From a virus (taxonomy: Duplodnaviria > Caudoviricetes), in the IMG/VR virus record IMGVR_UViG_3300025732_000016: a stretch of DNA of 64,000 nucleotides. The stretch is one strand, 5' to 3'. Positions 36,179 to 44,453 of this stretch are shown piece after piece. How positions within the stretch are numbered: the first letter of the stretch is position 1; every line of letters begins with the position of its first letter. The position numbers were made by a program, and so were the translations under genes. A model generated the notes under the pieces. It ran no database searches. It was given only the letters and a program-made list of their open reading frames with translations, and was not told the DNA's origin.

Positions 36179-37852
36179 TCAGCGGATGACAACCACAACC
36201 ACGTCGTCGATGGCCACGTCGAACGTGAAGTCGACGGAGGCACCTCCAGCAGAGATCGAGTAGTCTGCTGTCGAAGTCATCATCTGGCCGTTCAGGTAGA
36301 TGTCAACGCGTGTGAGGTCCGACGGGAAGACGTTAGATCCCATCGCTGCAGACATATCCACGATCGAGGCATCGGGGGAGGGCACGGCGCCGAGTATCGC
36401 CTTGGACCACTTGCCCTTGCCACCGCCGCCACCGGCAGCGAGCTCATTGAGAGCGCCGATGATCGAAGTCGAGGTGAAGCCAACGAGTGACGTCTGGCCA
36501 GACTGAGCAACGGTGATCGAACCACCGTTGTAGCCGAGCTGGAGGTACTGGCTTCCACCGTCGATGTAGGCGTCAGATGCGGTAGCACCGTCGATGAACA
36601 CCTTGCCGAACTGGACAGTCGCGGAGGTATTGATGCTCTGGGGCAGGCTGAGGGTGATGCCGTGGAGATCGGTTCCGCTGCCAGTGACGATCACCTGATT
36701 GGCGGTGCCGAGAACCCAGTCGGCGAAGTCCATCTCGACGAGGTTACCAGAAGGGTCAACAGCGACCGGAGCCGAACTGAGGTCCAGAGCCTGGATGGTA
36801 TCCGCGGCAAACTTGTCAGAGGCGATCCACTTGCCACCATCAGCCGTCGTCCAGCGGATGCTCTCATCGACGTTCGAATCGGAACCGAGGTAGATACCTG
36901 CTCCGTTAACGATCGAGCCCGAGGAGATGACGATCTTCGCGTCCTTCACCAGAAGGTCCTGGGTGTTGACGTAAGTCGTCGAACCCATGATGTTCAGGTC
37001 ACCGGTAACAGTGAGGTCACCCAAGAAGGAGCCGCTGCGAGCGCTGAGGTCCTTGCTGAGAGTGAGACCTGTCCCTGCCGCGTAGGTCATGCCAGCGTCA
37101 GAAATGATGCTCTTGTCGGTGTCAACGTAAGTGACCTGCGTAGCAGTGAGGTTGGTGCCCTGGAGCTTGGGAGCAACGAAGACGCTGTTCGGGGCGTCGT
37201 ACTTCAGCCCAGCGTTGTCGATAAGCTTCTTCGTGCTATCGTGGAAGACGATCGCACCAGCAGTGTTCGAGAGATCGTTGACCGTGAGAGGACCAGCGAG
37301 AGTCGTGCCCGCAGACTCGAACTTCGCCTTCTCTGCACCGCCGAACTGGATGGAGAGCTTCTCACCACCGAGGCTTCCGAGGTCCGCAACGATCTTCTTG
37401 CCACCAGCGGGTGAGAACTTGAGATCGTTAGCAGTAGAGACCTTCGCTTCGACAGCCTTGTTGAGGATCACGTCGCCAGAAGAAACGGTGACGTCACCCA
37501 CAATCTTCGCGGTGGCGCCGACGTCGAGATCAGCATTGAACTTCGCGCCAGCAGAACCGGTCACGGAGCCAGTAGCGTTGCCCACAGTGAACTTGTCGTT
37601 CGCCGAGCCGTCCTGAACCTTGAAGTCGCCACCCTTGATGGTGGTCGCCTGGGTGAAGAGTCCCGCCACCTGATTGGTGAACGCGCCTGCACCGTGGATG
37701 CGCTTGATGGCGCCAGCAAATTGTCCGAGAACTGCCTCAAGGTCGCCCGCGGCAATAGCGCTCGGCGCCGCCGCGATGGTACCAGAGGCGGCAGCCTCGA
37801 TGCTTGAAAGCGACCCTGTAATAGAGTCTAGTCTGAGTTGTGTACGTGCCAT
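36179..37852 (-). CDS. Tail fibre / virion structural protein (557 aa)
   Basis: G/A/S/T-rich beta repeats, DLLVKDAKIVI, C-terminal xNGQ domain. Confidence 0.75.
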   Translation of the reverse strand: MARTQLRLDSITGSLSSIEAAASGTIAAAPSAIAAGDLEAVLGQFAGAIKRIHGAGAFTNQVAGLFTQATTIKGGDFKVQDGSANDKFTVGNATGSVTGSAGAKFNADLDVGATAKIVGDVTVSSGDVILNKAVEAKVSTANDLKFSPAGGKKIVADLGSLGGEKLSIQFGGAEKAKFESAGTTLAGPLTVNDLSNTAGAIVFHDSTKKLIDNAGLKYDAPNSVFVAPKLQGTNLTATQVTYVDTDKSIISDAGMTYAAGTGLTLSKDLSARSGSFLGDLTVTGDLNIMGSTTYVNTQDLLVKDAKIVISSGSIVNGAGIYLGSDSNVDESIRWTTADGGKWIASDKFAADTIQALDLSSAPVAVDPSGNLVEMDFADWVLGTANQVIVTGSGTDLHGITLSLPQSINTSATVQFGKVFIDGATASDAYIDGGSQYLQLGYNGGSITVAQSGQTSLVGFTSTSIIGALNELAAGGGGGKGKWSKAILGAVPSPDASIVDMSAAMGSNVFPSDLTRVDIYLNGQMMTSTADYSISAGGASVDFTFDVAIDDVVVVVIR

Positions 37853-37867
37853 GATTCCCTTCCCTGT

Positions 37868-37995
37868 CGGTTGGAGTGATCCCAGTGACTACCGAGTCAC
37901 TGAGTACGTTGACTGGACGCGTGGTCCAAAATCTTTCCGTCGTCCAGGCTCGTAGCCCTTAGCGGTTCGCGACTCGACTCAACATGGACTGGGCT
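37868..37995 (-). ncRNA. Candidate structured 5' leader RNA
   Basis: Nested inverted repeats CCCAGT/ACTGGG, ATGTTGA/TCAACGT, CTGGACG/CGTCCAG and competing hairpin CAGTGACT-N4-AGTCACTG. Confidence 0.35.
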
Positions 37996-38222
37996 CATGG
38001 CCCGTAGAGCATTCTCTTCACCTGACGCAATGAAGCGTCATAGCGTGGATACTCTGAGAGTATGTATTCTTGAGAAAGTTCTAAAGCTCTATTTTCTGCA
38101 TCATCAAACTCAAAAACGAATTTCCCTTTTTCCCTGGTAGCTGAGATGATTCTCACACCTCTCATAAGCAGAAAGGCGGCGAGAGAGATGTCAGCAGTAG
38201 TGTAGTGCGTTTTTGTTTCCAC
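37995..38222 (-). CDS. Small conserved protein (DUF5659-like)
   Basis: YTTADISLAAFLLMRG...FVFEF pattern (family name from recall). Confidence 0.55.
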   Translation of the reverse strand: METKTHYTTADISLAAFLLMRGVRIISATREKGKFVFEFDDAENRALELSQEYILSEYPRYDASLRQVKRMLYGP

Positions 38223-38258
38223 GTTATCAATTAGGCACCACGCGAAACTACATGCACA

Positions 38259-39434
38259 CTAATACGAGTACGTCGCAAAAAATCTCGATTCTTGAATGTC
38301 AACTAGTGAGACTGCGAGAACGACATTCTTGCCCGAAAGAATGTAATCATTTGTTTCTCCTGCAGTGAGGAGCTGGCCGTTCATGAATAACATGAGAGAA
38401 TCTGGTGGTGACGGAACGTTGGCGAGCTCGATCTCATATCCCGAATTTCCCATCGTCAGGCTGGTTATGGGCTCGTTGATGGAGTACGACTTCACTGGGA
38501 CCTCGTAGGAGTACATCGCCAGTATGACGTCGTCGAGATTGGGGGCGGGAATGAACTCTGATAGGACTACTTCGTCACCGATAGAAAGAAAATCAGATCC
38601 GTTGCCCCCTGCGAGGAGCTGACCGTTGAGGAACAGCATGAGAGAGGAAGGGGGAGACGGGACGTGTGAGAGGCTGAACGTCTTGTTGACTCCGTCCCTC
38701 ACACCCGCCACCTGCTCATTCATGGCTAGACCGACCCCCAGGCCGCCCTTCAGGTTAGAGACCTTCAGCTCAAGCGCGCTGAGCGAACCAGACAGGCTCG
38801 TCAGTGAACCAGAGATTGCTGAGACGCTGCCAGACAGAGAGCTAGAGAGCGCAGTGACCGAATTTGACAGGGAGCTCGAGACTTCCGTGACCCTGGTGTC
38901 GAGAGAGGAAGACGTGCTCGTTATGAATGTGTTGAGTGTGGTGACGTTTCCTGCGATCAAGTTCGTCGTGGACTGAAGGTTCGTGACTGATGACTGTAGA
39001 GTCGTCACATTGTTCGTGATCGAACCGAGACTCGAAGCGAATGAGCTCACAGTCGCCGCGAGGGATGACACTTGGGCTGAGAGGGAGTCCACGAGGCCCG
39101 GAACTTGGGCAAACTCCTCCGTCAGGGAGCTCGTGTCTGCCTCCGCGTTGATCACGATGCTGCCGTCAGTGTTATTCGCAATGGTAACGTTGTTGCCCGA
39201 TCTAACAGTCGGCGCACCGCTTGGGAGAGTCAGCGCTCCCTCGACACCGTCCTTAAAGTACGCGCTACCATAGACCGTTAGGTCTCCTGACGTGAGAACG
39301 TTCGCTTTCTTCTCTACGACGCCGATCTTCATGTCGTAGAGCGTGGTTATGCTCCTCACCGACTTCGTCTTTGGGTCTCTGACGATGGTGAAGAGCTGAT
39401 TCTCTACTTCAGTTCTTGCAATCTTTGCAGACAA
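38259..39434 (-). CDS. Structural protein: S/T-rich coiled-coil stalk plus tandem duplicated C-terminal domain
   Basis: Heptad LSSSLSGSV repeats; two NE...PSPP.SLMLF.NGQLL..G...D repeats; GATAATTA at 39450-39457. Confidence 0.75.
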   Translation of the reverse strand: MSAKIARTEVENQLFTIVRDPKTKSVRSITTLYDMKIGVVEKKANVLTSGDLTVYGSAYFKDGVEGALTLPSGAPTVRSGNNVTIANNTDGSIVINAEADTSSLTEEFAQVPGLVDSLSAQVSSLAATVSSFASSLGSITNNVTTLQSSVTNLQSTTNLIAGNVTTLNTFITSTSSSLDTRVTEVSSSLSNSVTALSSSLSGSVSAISGSLTSLSGSLSALELKVSNLKGGLGVGLAMNEQVAGVRDGVNKTFSLSHVPSPPSSLMLFLNGQLLAGGNGSDFLSIGDEVVLSEFIPAPNLDDVILAMYSYEVPVKSYSINEPITSLTMGNSGYEIELANVPSPPDSLMLFMNGQLLTAGETNDYILSGKNVVLAVSLVDIQESRFFATYSY

Positions 39435-39472
39435 CTCAAGCTCCCAGAGTAATTATCCCTGAGAGCCCGAGC

Positions 39473-39856
39473 TCAGTAACCGTTTTTTAGACGCTCTAAG
39501 ATCTTTTCGTGCTTTTTGCGGTAAGCATCGTGAAGCTCATCGGGACTGATTCCAATCAGCACCAGAGTCGTCAAGAAGTAATTGTAAGCGTCGACAATCT
39601 CCTCGAGGAACTCCTCCCTCTCAAAATGAGCCACCTCAGTCTGTCGATGGGGCTTCGAGTTCTTCAGGTGCTGAAGAGCTTCGAACATCTCCTCGACTCC
39701 TCGAAGGACGGAATCGCGAAGGATGACCTGGCTCTGCTTCTTGGAAACGTCTATCGGCCAGTCAGGATAATAGCCCGGCATCTTCTCTGAGATTGCCTGC
39801 ATGAACTCTTCACGCAGGCGAAAGATCTCTGTCAGCCTGTCATCAGTTGACGTCAT
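39473..39856 (-). CDS. All-alpha NTP pyrophosphatase (dCTPase/dimeric dUTPase/MazG-like)
   Basis: VEEMFEAL...KPHR...FLEEIVDAYNYF...AYRKKH motif; ATG 39856. Confidence 0.75.
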   Translation of the reverse strand: MTSTDDRLTEIFRLREEFMQAISEKMPGYYPDWPIDVSKKQSQVILRDSVLRGVEEMFEALQHLKNSKPHRQTEVAHFEREEFLEEIVDAYNYFLTTLVLIGISPDELHDAYRKKHEKILERLKNGY

Positions 39857-40067
39857 TCTGGAGATCCAGAGCCTTCTGCGCAAGGTCATCGAGATTCTTC
39901 TGGAAGTTCTCGTTGAACTCGGAAGTGGGGGTGAGCTCCTCTCCCTGGGCTTCAAGACGCAGAGTGCGAAGATTGTCAACGACGTCCGTGCCCGTCAGGA
40001 TGGCGAGCTGGACGAGCTTTGCGATGGAAGAAATGGTCTCATCAGAGAGTCTGTACTGCATATTCAC
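39843..40067 (-). CDS. Small hypothetical protein (74 aa)
   Basis: LSDETISSIAKLVQLAILTGTDVVDNLR; coupled to neighbours. Confidence 0.7.
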   Translation of the reverse strand: MNMQYRLSDETISSIAKLVQLAILTGTDVVDNLRTLRLEAQGEELTPTSEFNENFQKNLDDLAQKALDLQNDVN

Positions 40068-40798
40068 TCCTTTGGCTTCTTGAAGAAGAGGTCTACTCGA
40101 GGACGGTCCTTCGTGAGAGCGTGCTCCCTATTGATCGTCCTGCCCGTATTGATCGTAGCCACGTAGCCACGATCAATGAAAAAGTCCCAGATATCAACAG
40201 AAGTGACTCCGCAACGAGACAGGTTCTCGTCCTGAGCCTCAATTTGAAAGACTGGGTTGTGCTTGTCGATGAGATTCTTCATTCCGTGGAGGGCTCTGAG
40301 TTCAAATCCCTCGACGTCCATCTTCACGAAGTCAACACTTCCCTCACCAATGTCAACATCATCGATGGCGACAATCGTGATCTCGTGTGAGACTTTTGTC
40401 GGAACGGCGGTCACAAAGGACCTTCCCTCGTTGCCCCTGATGAGATTGATGAAAGCCTTCGCGGGACCTGATCCGACCCCCAACTGTTCGAGCCTCACAT
40501 TCTTGATGTTGTTCTGGTCAACGTTCTGCTTGAGGACCTCGAAGGTCGCGGGATTGGGCTCAAATGAGATGATTCGATTCGCCCAACCGGTGTAGTAGAG
40601 CATCTCCTGACCGATGTTCGCACCGATGTCTAGAACGACGTCGGGCTTCTGGACGATCTTCTGTGCGTATGCCCAGTTGCGCTTCTCCCACGCGTTCTTT
40701 CCGTTTTCATACGCCTTCACCCACAGCTTGTTCTCTGTGAAGAAGGTTACGATCTTGCCGTCAAACTGCTTGACAGTTTGCGTGGGTTTCACAAACAT
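40064..40798 (-). CDS. FkbM-family SAM-dependent methyltransferase
   Basis: VVLDIGANIG, SFEPNP, FVKMDVEGFEL. Confidence 0.9.
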   Translation of the reverse strand: MFVKPTQTVKQFDGKIVTFFTENKLWVKAYENGKNAWEKRNWAYAQKIVQKPDVVLDIGANIGQEMLYYTGWANRIISFEPNPATFEVLKQNVDQNNIKNVRLEQLGVGSGPAKAFINLIRGNEGRSFVTAVPTKVSHEITIVAIDDVDIGEGSVDFVKMDVEGFELRALHGMKNLIDKHNPVFQIEAQDENLSRCGVTSVDIWDFFIDRGYVATINTGRTINREHALTKDRPRVDLFFKKPKE

Positions 40799-40815
40799 TT
40801 TGCTCCTTGCAAAAT

Positions 40816-40843
40816 AGTGTAATGAGCCGAGGAGAGTTGTTTA
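40816..40843 (-). promoter_or_regulatory. Putative promoter TAAACA-N16-TACACT
   Basis: Variant of recurring class. Confidence 0.5.
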
Positions 40844-41632
40844 ACTCTGAACTCGCGGAACCCACCACGTTGTGCGACCGTCCTTGGTCTCCTGGCACAC
40901 CACAGTCTCGCCGTTGGGGTCCGTCTTTCGGCCATAGACAAGCATAGAGTGTTTCCCTTCCTCACCGTCGAACCCCTTGTAGGTGAGGATGGTGGAGCCA
41001 CCGTTGAGGTACGCCGTCTTGATGACATCCTTCACGGATTCACAGAGAATTGTGAGCTGCTCATCTGTCGTCTGGTTCACCTTTCGCCATGGGCTGAGTT
41101 TCGCCATCCAGAGAGAGTCCGCCTTCAGGTAGTTTCCGACTCCTGAGACGATTCCCTGACTCATGAGGACTTCAGCCAGGGTCGCTTCAGGATGCTTTCG
41201 AAGCCTCTCGATGAAAGTGGCAGGCTTCACTATCTCGTTGAGCATGTCGGGGCCGAGTGAATCAAGCTTCACCTTCAAGTCCTTGCGGCTGCAGAACTTT
41301 AGGGTGCCGAAGTTTCGCGGATCATTGAAGTACAGTTCACCCTCGGATGTCTCGAACTTCACCCTTGCGTGACGAGGGGCGTTTGACCATGCACCTGACA
41401 TCCCGAGAGTGTTGAAGATGACTGTTTCAGTGTCCTGGAAGGTCCAGTAGATGAACTTGCCCTTGCAACCCACACTCTCGATTGTGAGAGGAAACTGGAC
41501 GTTGGCGAGTCCCTCGATGGGCTTCTTCGTGTAGCGACCTGATAGTGGCGTAACTGAGAGAAGCCTGTCACCCTCACCGAGGAAGCTGTTGATGGAGCGG
41601 ACAAAGTTTGCGACTTCGGGACCCTCGGGCAC
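40841..41632 (-). CDS. Fpg/Nei-family DNA glycosylase (no canonical Cys4 zinc finger)
   Basis: N-terminal PEGPEV, GKFI, LGMSG, F.DPRNFG, LGPD, GVGNYL H2TH, GRTTWWVP.VQ. Confidence 0.92.
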   Translation of the reverse strand: MPEGPEVANFVRSINSFLGEGDRLLSVTPLSGRYTKKPIEGLANVQFPLTIESVGCKGKFIYWTFQDTETVIFNTLGMSGAWSNAPRHARVKFETSEGELYFNDPRNFGTLKFCSRKDLKVKLDSLGPDMLNEIVKPATFIERLRKHPEATLAEVLMSQGIVSGVGNYLKADSLWMAKLSPWRKVNQTTDEQLTILCESVKDVIKTAYLNGGSTILTYKGFDGEEGKHSMLVYGRKTDPNGETVVCQETKDGRTTWWVPRVQS

Positions 41633-41641
41633 AACGCCTCC

Positions 41642-41911
41642 TTAGAATCGATCACAGGTTTGCAGGCTTCCGTTGACTCGGAACTGGTACTTCGACTTTG
41701 CACTCTCTGCGGTGTAGATGACCCACACTGGGCCCGTTCCCTCCCACACCTCGGTGGTTCCGACAAAGCCCGTCCTGCGGAGGTCTCCCTGGTGGTGGGC
41801 AGAGAAATTTCCCACCGCTGAGATGTAGTGGGGCTCATCACCCCAGAATTGACAGGTACCGATGAGAGTGTCAGCGAAAGAAAAGTTGAGCAAGAGATAG
41901 AGCGGTAGCAC
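41642..41911 (-). CDS. Hypothetical protein, possible signal peptide
   Basis: GTG 41911 after purine-rich RBS; MLPLYLLLNFSFAD. Confidence 0.5.
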   Translation of the reverse strand: MLPLYLLLNFSFADTLIGTCQFWGDEPHYISAVGNFSAHHQGDLRRTGFVGTTEVWEGTGPVWVIYTAESAKSKYQFRVNGSLQTCDRF

Positions 41912-41924
41912 GTCTTCTCTTCCT

Positions 41925-42134
41925 CTAGCTCGAATGCCACTTTCGAGCGTTGAAAGATCCCATGAGAGCGGGTCGTTCATCGTGAGGTGTCCTGTTGACC
42001 TCAGCGAGCATATTCTCAATGTTGGCCAGCGCGGTGATCTCCCAATCACGAGGCGTCGACCCTGCCTCGCTGTCACAACGCTCACGTGCAAGCCGAAGAG
42101 CCGTATGAACTGCTGCAAGCTCGATATTGGTCAT
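41925..42134 (-). CDS. Small hypothetical protein
   Basis: AAGGAGG RBS. Confidence 0.65.
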   Translation of the reverse strand: MTNIELAAVHTALRLARERCDSEAGSTPRDWEITALANIENMLAEVNRTPHDERPALMGSFNARKWHSS

Positions 42135-42208
42135 TCCAGCCTCCTTGTTCTTTTTAATTCATCGGATGAACAGAGAACACAATTTTGTGAAACTTTTGTG
42201 TCTTCCCG

Positions 42209-42661
42209 TCAACAGGTGAAGTTGTGGTTGGCAGACGGATGTTCTGACTCGCCGTAGTGCTTCTTCAGGAAGTCGTGGTAGTCATTGAGAGCGTGGTCCT
42301 GCGGCTGGACGCTGCGCCAGTCACCGAGGACGAAGATTCGGTACGCGTCCGAGGCATACTTCCCAACTCCGTGAAGCTGGAGGACGTCATTCCACTTGCC
42401 CTCGTGATACTGGGCCGACATCTTCTTCAGAGTATTGACGCGCTTCTTCCACATGCCAAGAGTTCGGATGACATCCGTGAGCTCTGCGTCATCAGCTTCT
42501 GACAGAGACTTTGCATCAGGCCATCGCTGGAACATCCTTTCAACAACTGGTTCCATCTGCTTCCTCGTAGTGAGGTTGAGACAGAGGCAGCAGACAAGGA
42601 TCTTCCAGGGATCAGGCCAGTACTTCTCTTGGATTAGTCCGTACTTTGGGGGAGTCCACAA
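42209..42661 (-). CDS. MBD4-like HhH mismatch DNA glycosylase
   Basis: WTPP...IQE...DPWKILV...N.T, LHGVGKYASDAYRIF, W..V.P.DH.LN.YHD parallel to the MBD4 catalytic domain. Confidence 0.85.
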   Translation of the reverse strand: MWTPPKYGLIQEKYWPDPWKILVCCLCLNLTTRKQMEPVVERMFQRWPDAKSLSEADDAELTDVIRTLGMWKKRVNTLKKMSAQYHEGKWNDVLQLHGVGKYASDAYRIFVLGDWRSVQPQDHALNDYHDFLKKHYGESEHPSANHNFTC

Positions 42662-42680
42662 GCTTCACCTCCGTATCAAG

Positions 42681-42707
42681 ATAATACATCCTGACGGAGA
42701 CTTTACA
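42681..42707 (-). promoter_or_regulatory. Putative promoter TGTAAA-N15-TATTAT
   Basis: Recurring class. Confidence 0.55.
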
Positions 42708-42727
42708 AACTTGTGGACTCCCTTTGA

Positions 42728-43528
42728 CTACTTCACTGGGAGAGCGAGGAGAGCAGCCCAGATAGACTCATCGCCTGCAGTAATCTTCGCTTTCACGACA
42801 GCCTCTGCGAGCCCAAGGGCTAGACAAAGTGCGGCAATGCTCTTGGGACCGAGAGCACCGTCGATCTTGCCAATATCGAATCCAGCACGACAAAGAAGGG
42901 CCTGTGTGACCGCGGGGAAACCCTGGAGATCGCCGTGACCAACGAGGAGAGCGCCGCAGAGTGCGGCCTGCTCATAGCCGAGCCGGTTGAGAACGCCAGT
43001 GAGCTCGCCCCAGAAGTCAAAGTGCCAGGCTTCCTTCGCTCCCTCGTCCGCAGTCTTGATGATCGGCTTCCAGCCAAGAGGAATTGCGAGGTCCCAGAGC
43101 TTGTCAAGCTGCTTATCTGCAGGGACACCCGGGAACTTGAGCTCTGAGAGGTGAACGTCGATGCTTCTGCCTGCATTGTGACCGGAGCGACCCGGAAGAG
43201 CCACGAAAGCGTTCTTCATGGTGGCGGCGTTCCAGGTTGCAGATCCGGGCGACGGCTTGCCAGCCTTTACCCAGTTGTCATACTTTGTCCTTGCAGCCTG
43301 TTGGACTGCAACATCTCTGTGGCACTCAGTGATTCGGAGATCACCACCTGCAGCAGCAACTGCATCAGAGAGTGCCTTGAGAGCCGGTGCCATCTCGGGG
43401 TGGGCAATTCCTGCCTTACCCAGCTTGGCAAGGGGCGTGAGATTTGCTCTGGGACCACCTGTCCCACCTGACTTGTTGTATGACGATGCGATCGAGAGAT
43501 CAACTGGAACGAGCTTAACTGGCGGCAT
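42728..43528 (-). CDS. Peptidase M15-like (Zn DD/L-Ala-D-Glu peptidase) endolysin candidate with peptidoglycan-binding domain
   Basis: R...Q, PGRSGHNAGRSIDV, EAWHFD; C-term QALL.RAGFDIGKIDG.LGPKS; TATAGTTA at 43566-43573. Confidence 0.75.
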   Translation of the reverse strand: MPPVKLVPVDLSIASSYNKSGGTGGPRANLTPLAKLGKAGIAHPEMAPALKALSDAVAAAGGDLRITECHRDVAVQQAARTKYDNWVKAGKPSPGSATWNAATMKNAFVALPGRSGHNAGRSIDVHLSELKFPGVPADKQLDKLWDLAIPLGWKPIIKTADEGAKEAWHFDFWGELTGVLNRLGYEQAALCGALLVGHGDLQGFPAVTQALLCRAGFDIGKIDGALGPKSIAALCLALGLAEAVVKAKITAGDESIWAALLALPVK

Positions 43529-43579
43529 GCTGTTATCCTTTACGGGCTGTTTACCCGTCCATCGATAACTATACTGCAG

Positions 43580-44248
43580 TCAGTAAGGTGGGTGGAAAGT
43601 TTCCTCGACTCTGTCAGCGAGACCGAACGCCTCGATCGTGTGCTTGAACGGATTTGTTGGGATGCCGGCAACGAGCTGGAGCATCTGCTCTGCGATCTCT
43701 CTCACTTCCCTCTGAGCGTCACTCTTCATCCGCAGGTTGAGAAAGTGATTGAAGGAACGCCAGTTGAACATGACGTCCATCGTCACCTGGTTGCCATAGG
43801 GCAGATAGAATCGGGCAGACTCCTTGGCTCGCTTTCGATCCATCCCGTCCTTCACAAGACGCTCAAGGGTATCATGGTAGCGCATTATCGCGTCTTCCAT
43901 GAATGCGATATACTTCGCTTTCTCGACAGTGGGCCAGTCATCCGGCACCACGTACTTGTCGTCCTTGAGCTCCTTGTAACGAGCAGACTCTGCATTGATT
44001 GAGACGCCTATGCGATGCTTGAGGAGATGAATGTGAGTCGCAGTGTCCACTGTCACGAGGAAGTGAATCGAGCTCTTCTCAAACGGCGTCTCGTGCCCGT
44101 TCTCCGCGAGCATCTTCAAAAGCTCTGGAACTCTCTTTCTCTTCTCTGGGCTGATGTCCCTGCTCGTGCTCGTCCAAGCCGAAAGTGCGTGAGCCTCGTC
44201 TCCACCGTACCAACCAATGAGCTCTACCTTGTTCTCTTGAAAGGGCAT
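43580..44248 (-). CDS. thyX: Flavin-dependent thymidylate synthase
   Basis: GHETPFE, KHRIGVSINAESARY, KESARFYLP, NWRSF..FL.LR, AQREVR. Confidence 0.9.
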   Translation of the reverse strand: MPFQENKVELIGWYGGDEAHALSAWTSTSRDISPEKRKRVPELLKMLAENGHETPFEKSSIHFLVTVDTATHIHLLKHRIGVSINAESARYKELKDDKYVVPDDWPTVEKAKYIAFMEDAIMRYHDTLERLVKDGMDRKRAKESARFYLPYGNQVTMDVMFNWRSFNHFLNLRMKSDAQREVREIAEQMLQLVAGIPTNPFKHTIEAFGLADRVEETFHPPY

Positions 44249-44453
44249 TCCTAATTCTCTCTCTAATGTGTCTGTCCCAAATGATCTCAAACACCCACTG
44301 AAGGAGGGTGAGTGTTGAGCCCGTCAGAAAGACTATTCCTGCGGACTCTCCCACGCTGTGGGTGAAGATGTAGGTTATCGTGAATCCGTAGAGCATGGAA
44401 AAGAATCTCCATGCTACAACTTTTGTCAGCAGCTCTATCTTTGCTGGCTTCAC
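44079..44453 (-). CDS. DUF2061-like small membrane protein (3' end overlaps thyX)
   Basis: KVVAWRFFS..., two hydrophobic helices, FEIIWD; GTGA coupling to GS stop. Confidence 0.55.
   Translation of the reverse strand: MKPAKIELLTKVVAWRFFSMLYGFTITYIFTHSVGESAGIVFLTGSTLTLLQWVFEIIWDRHIRERIRNALSREQGRAHWLVRWRRGSRTFGLDEHEQGHQPREEKESSRAFEDARGERARDAV

Noticed and set aside
37853-37995. tRNA in intergenic gaps
   Set aside because: No GTTCRA T-loop or cloverleaf with 7-bp acceptor stem found here or in other gaps
42135-42208. Short palindromes TTCATC-G-GATGAA and CACAA-TT-TTGTG as operators
   Set aside because: Short, single occurrences, not repeated elsewhere in the window; could be chance
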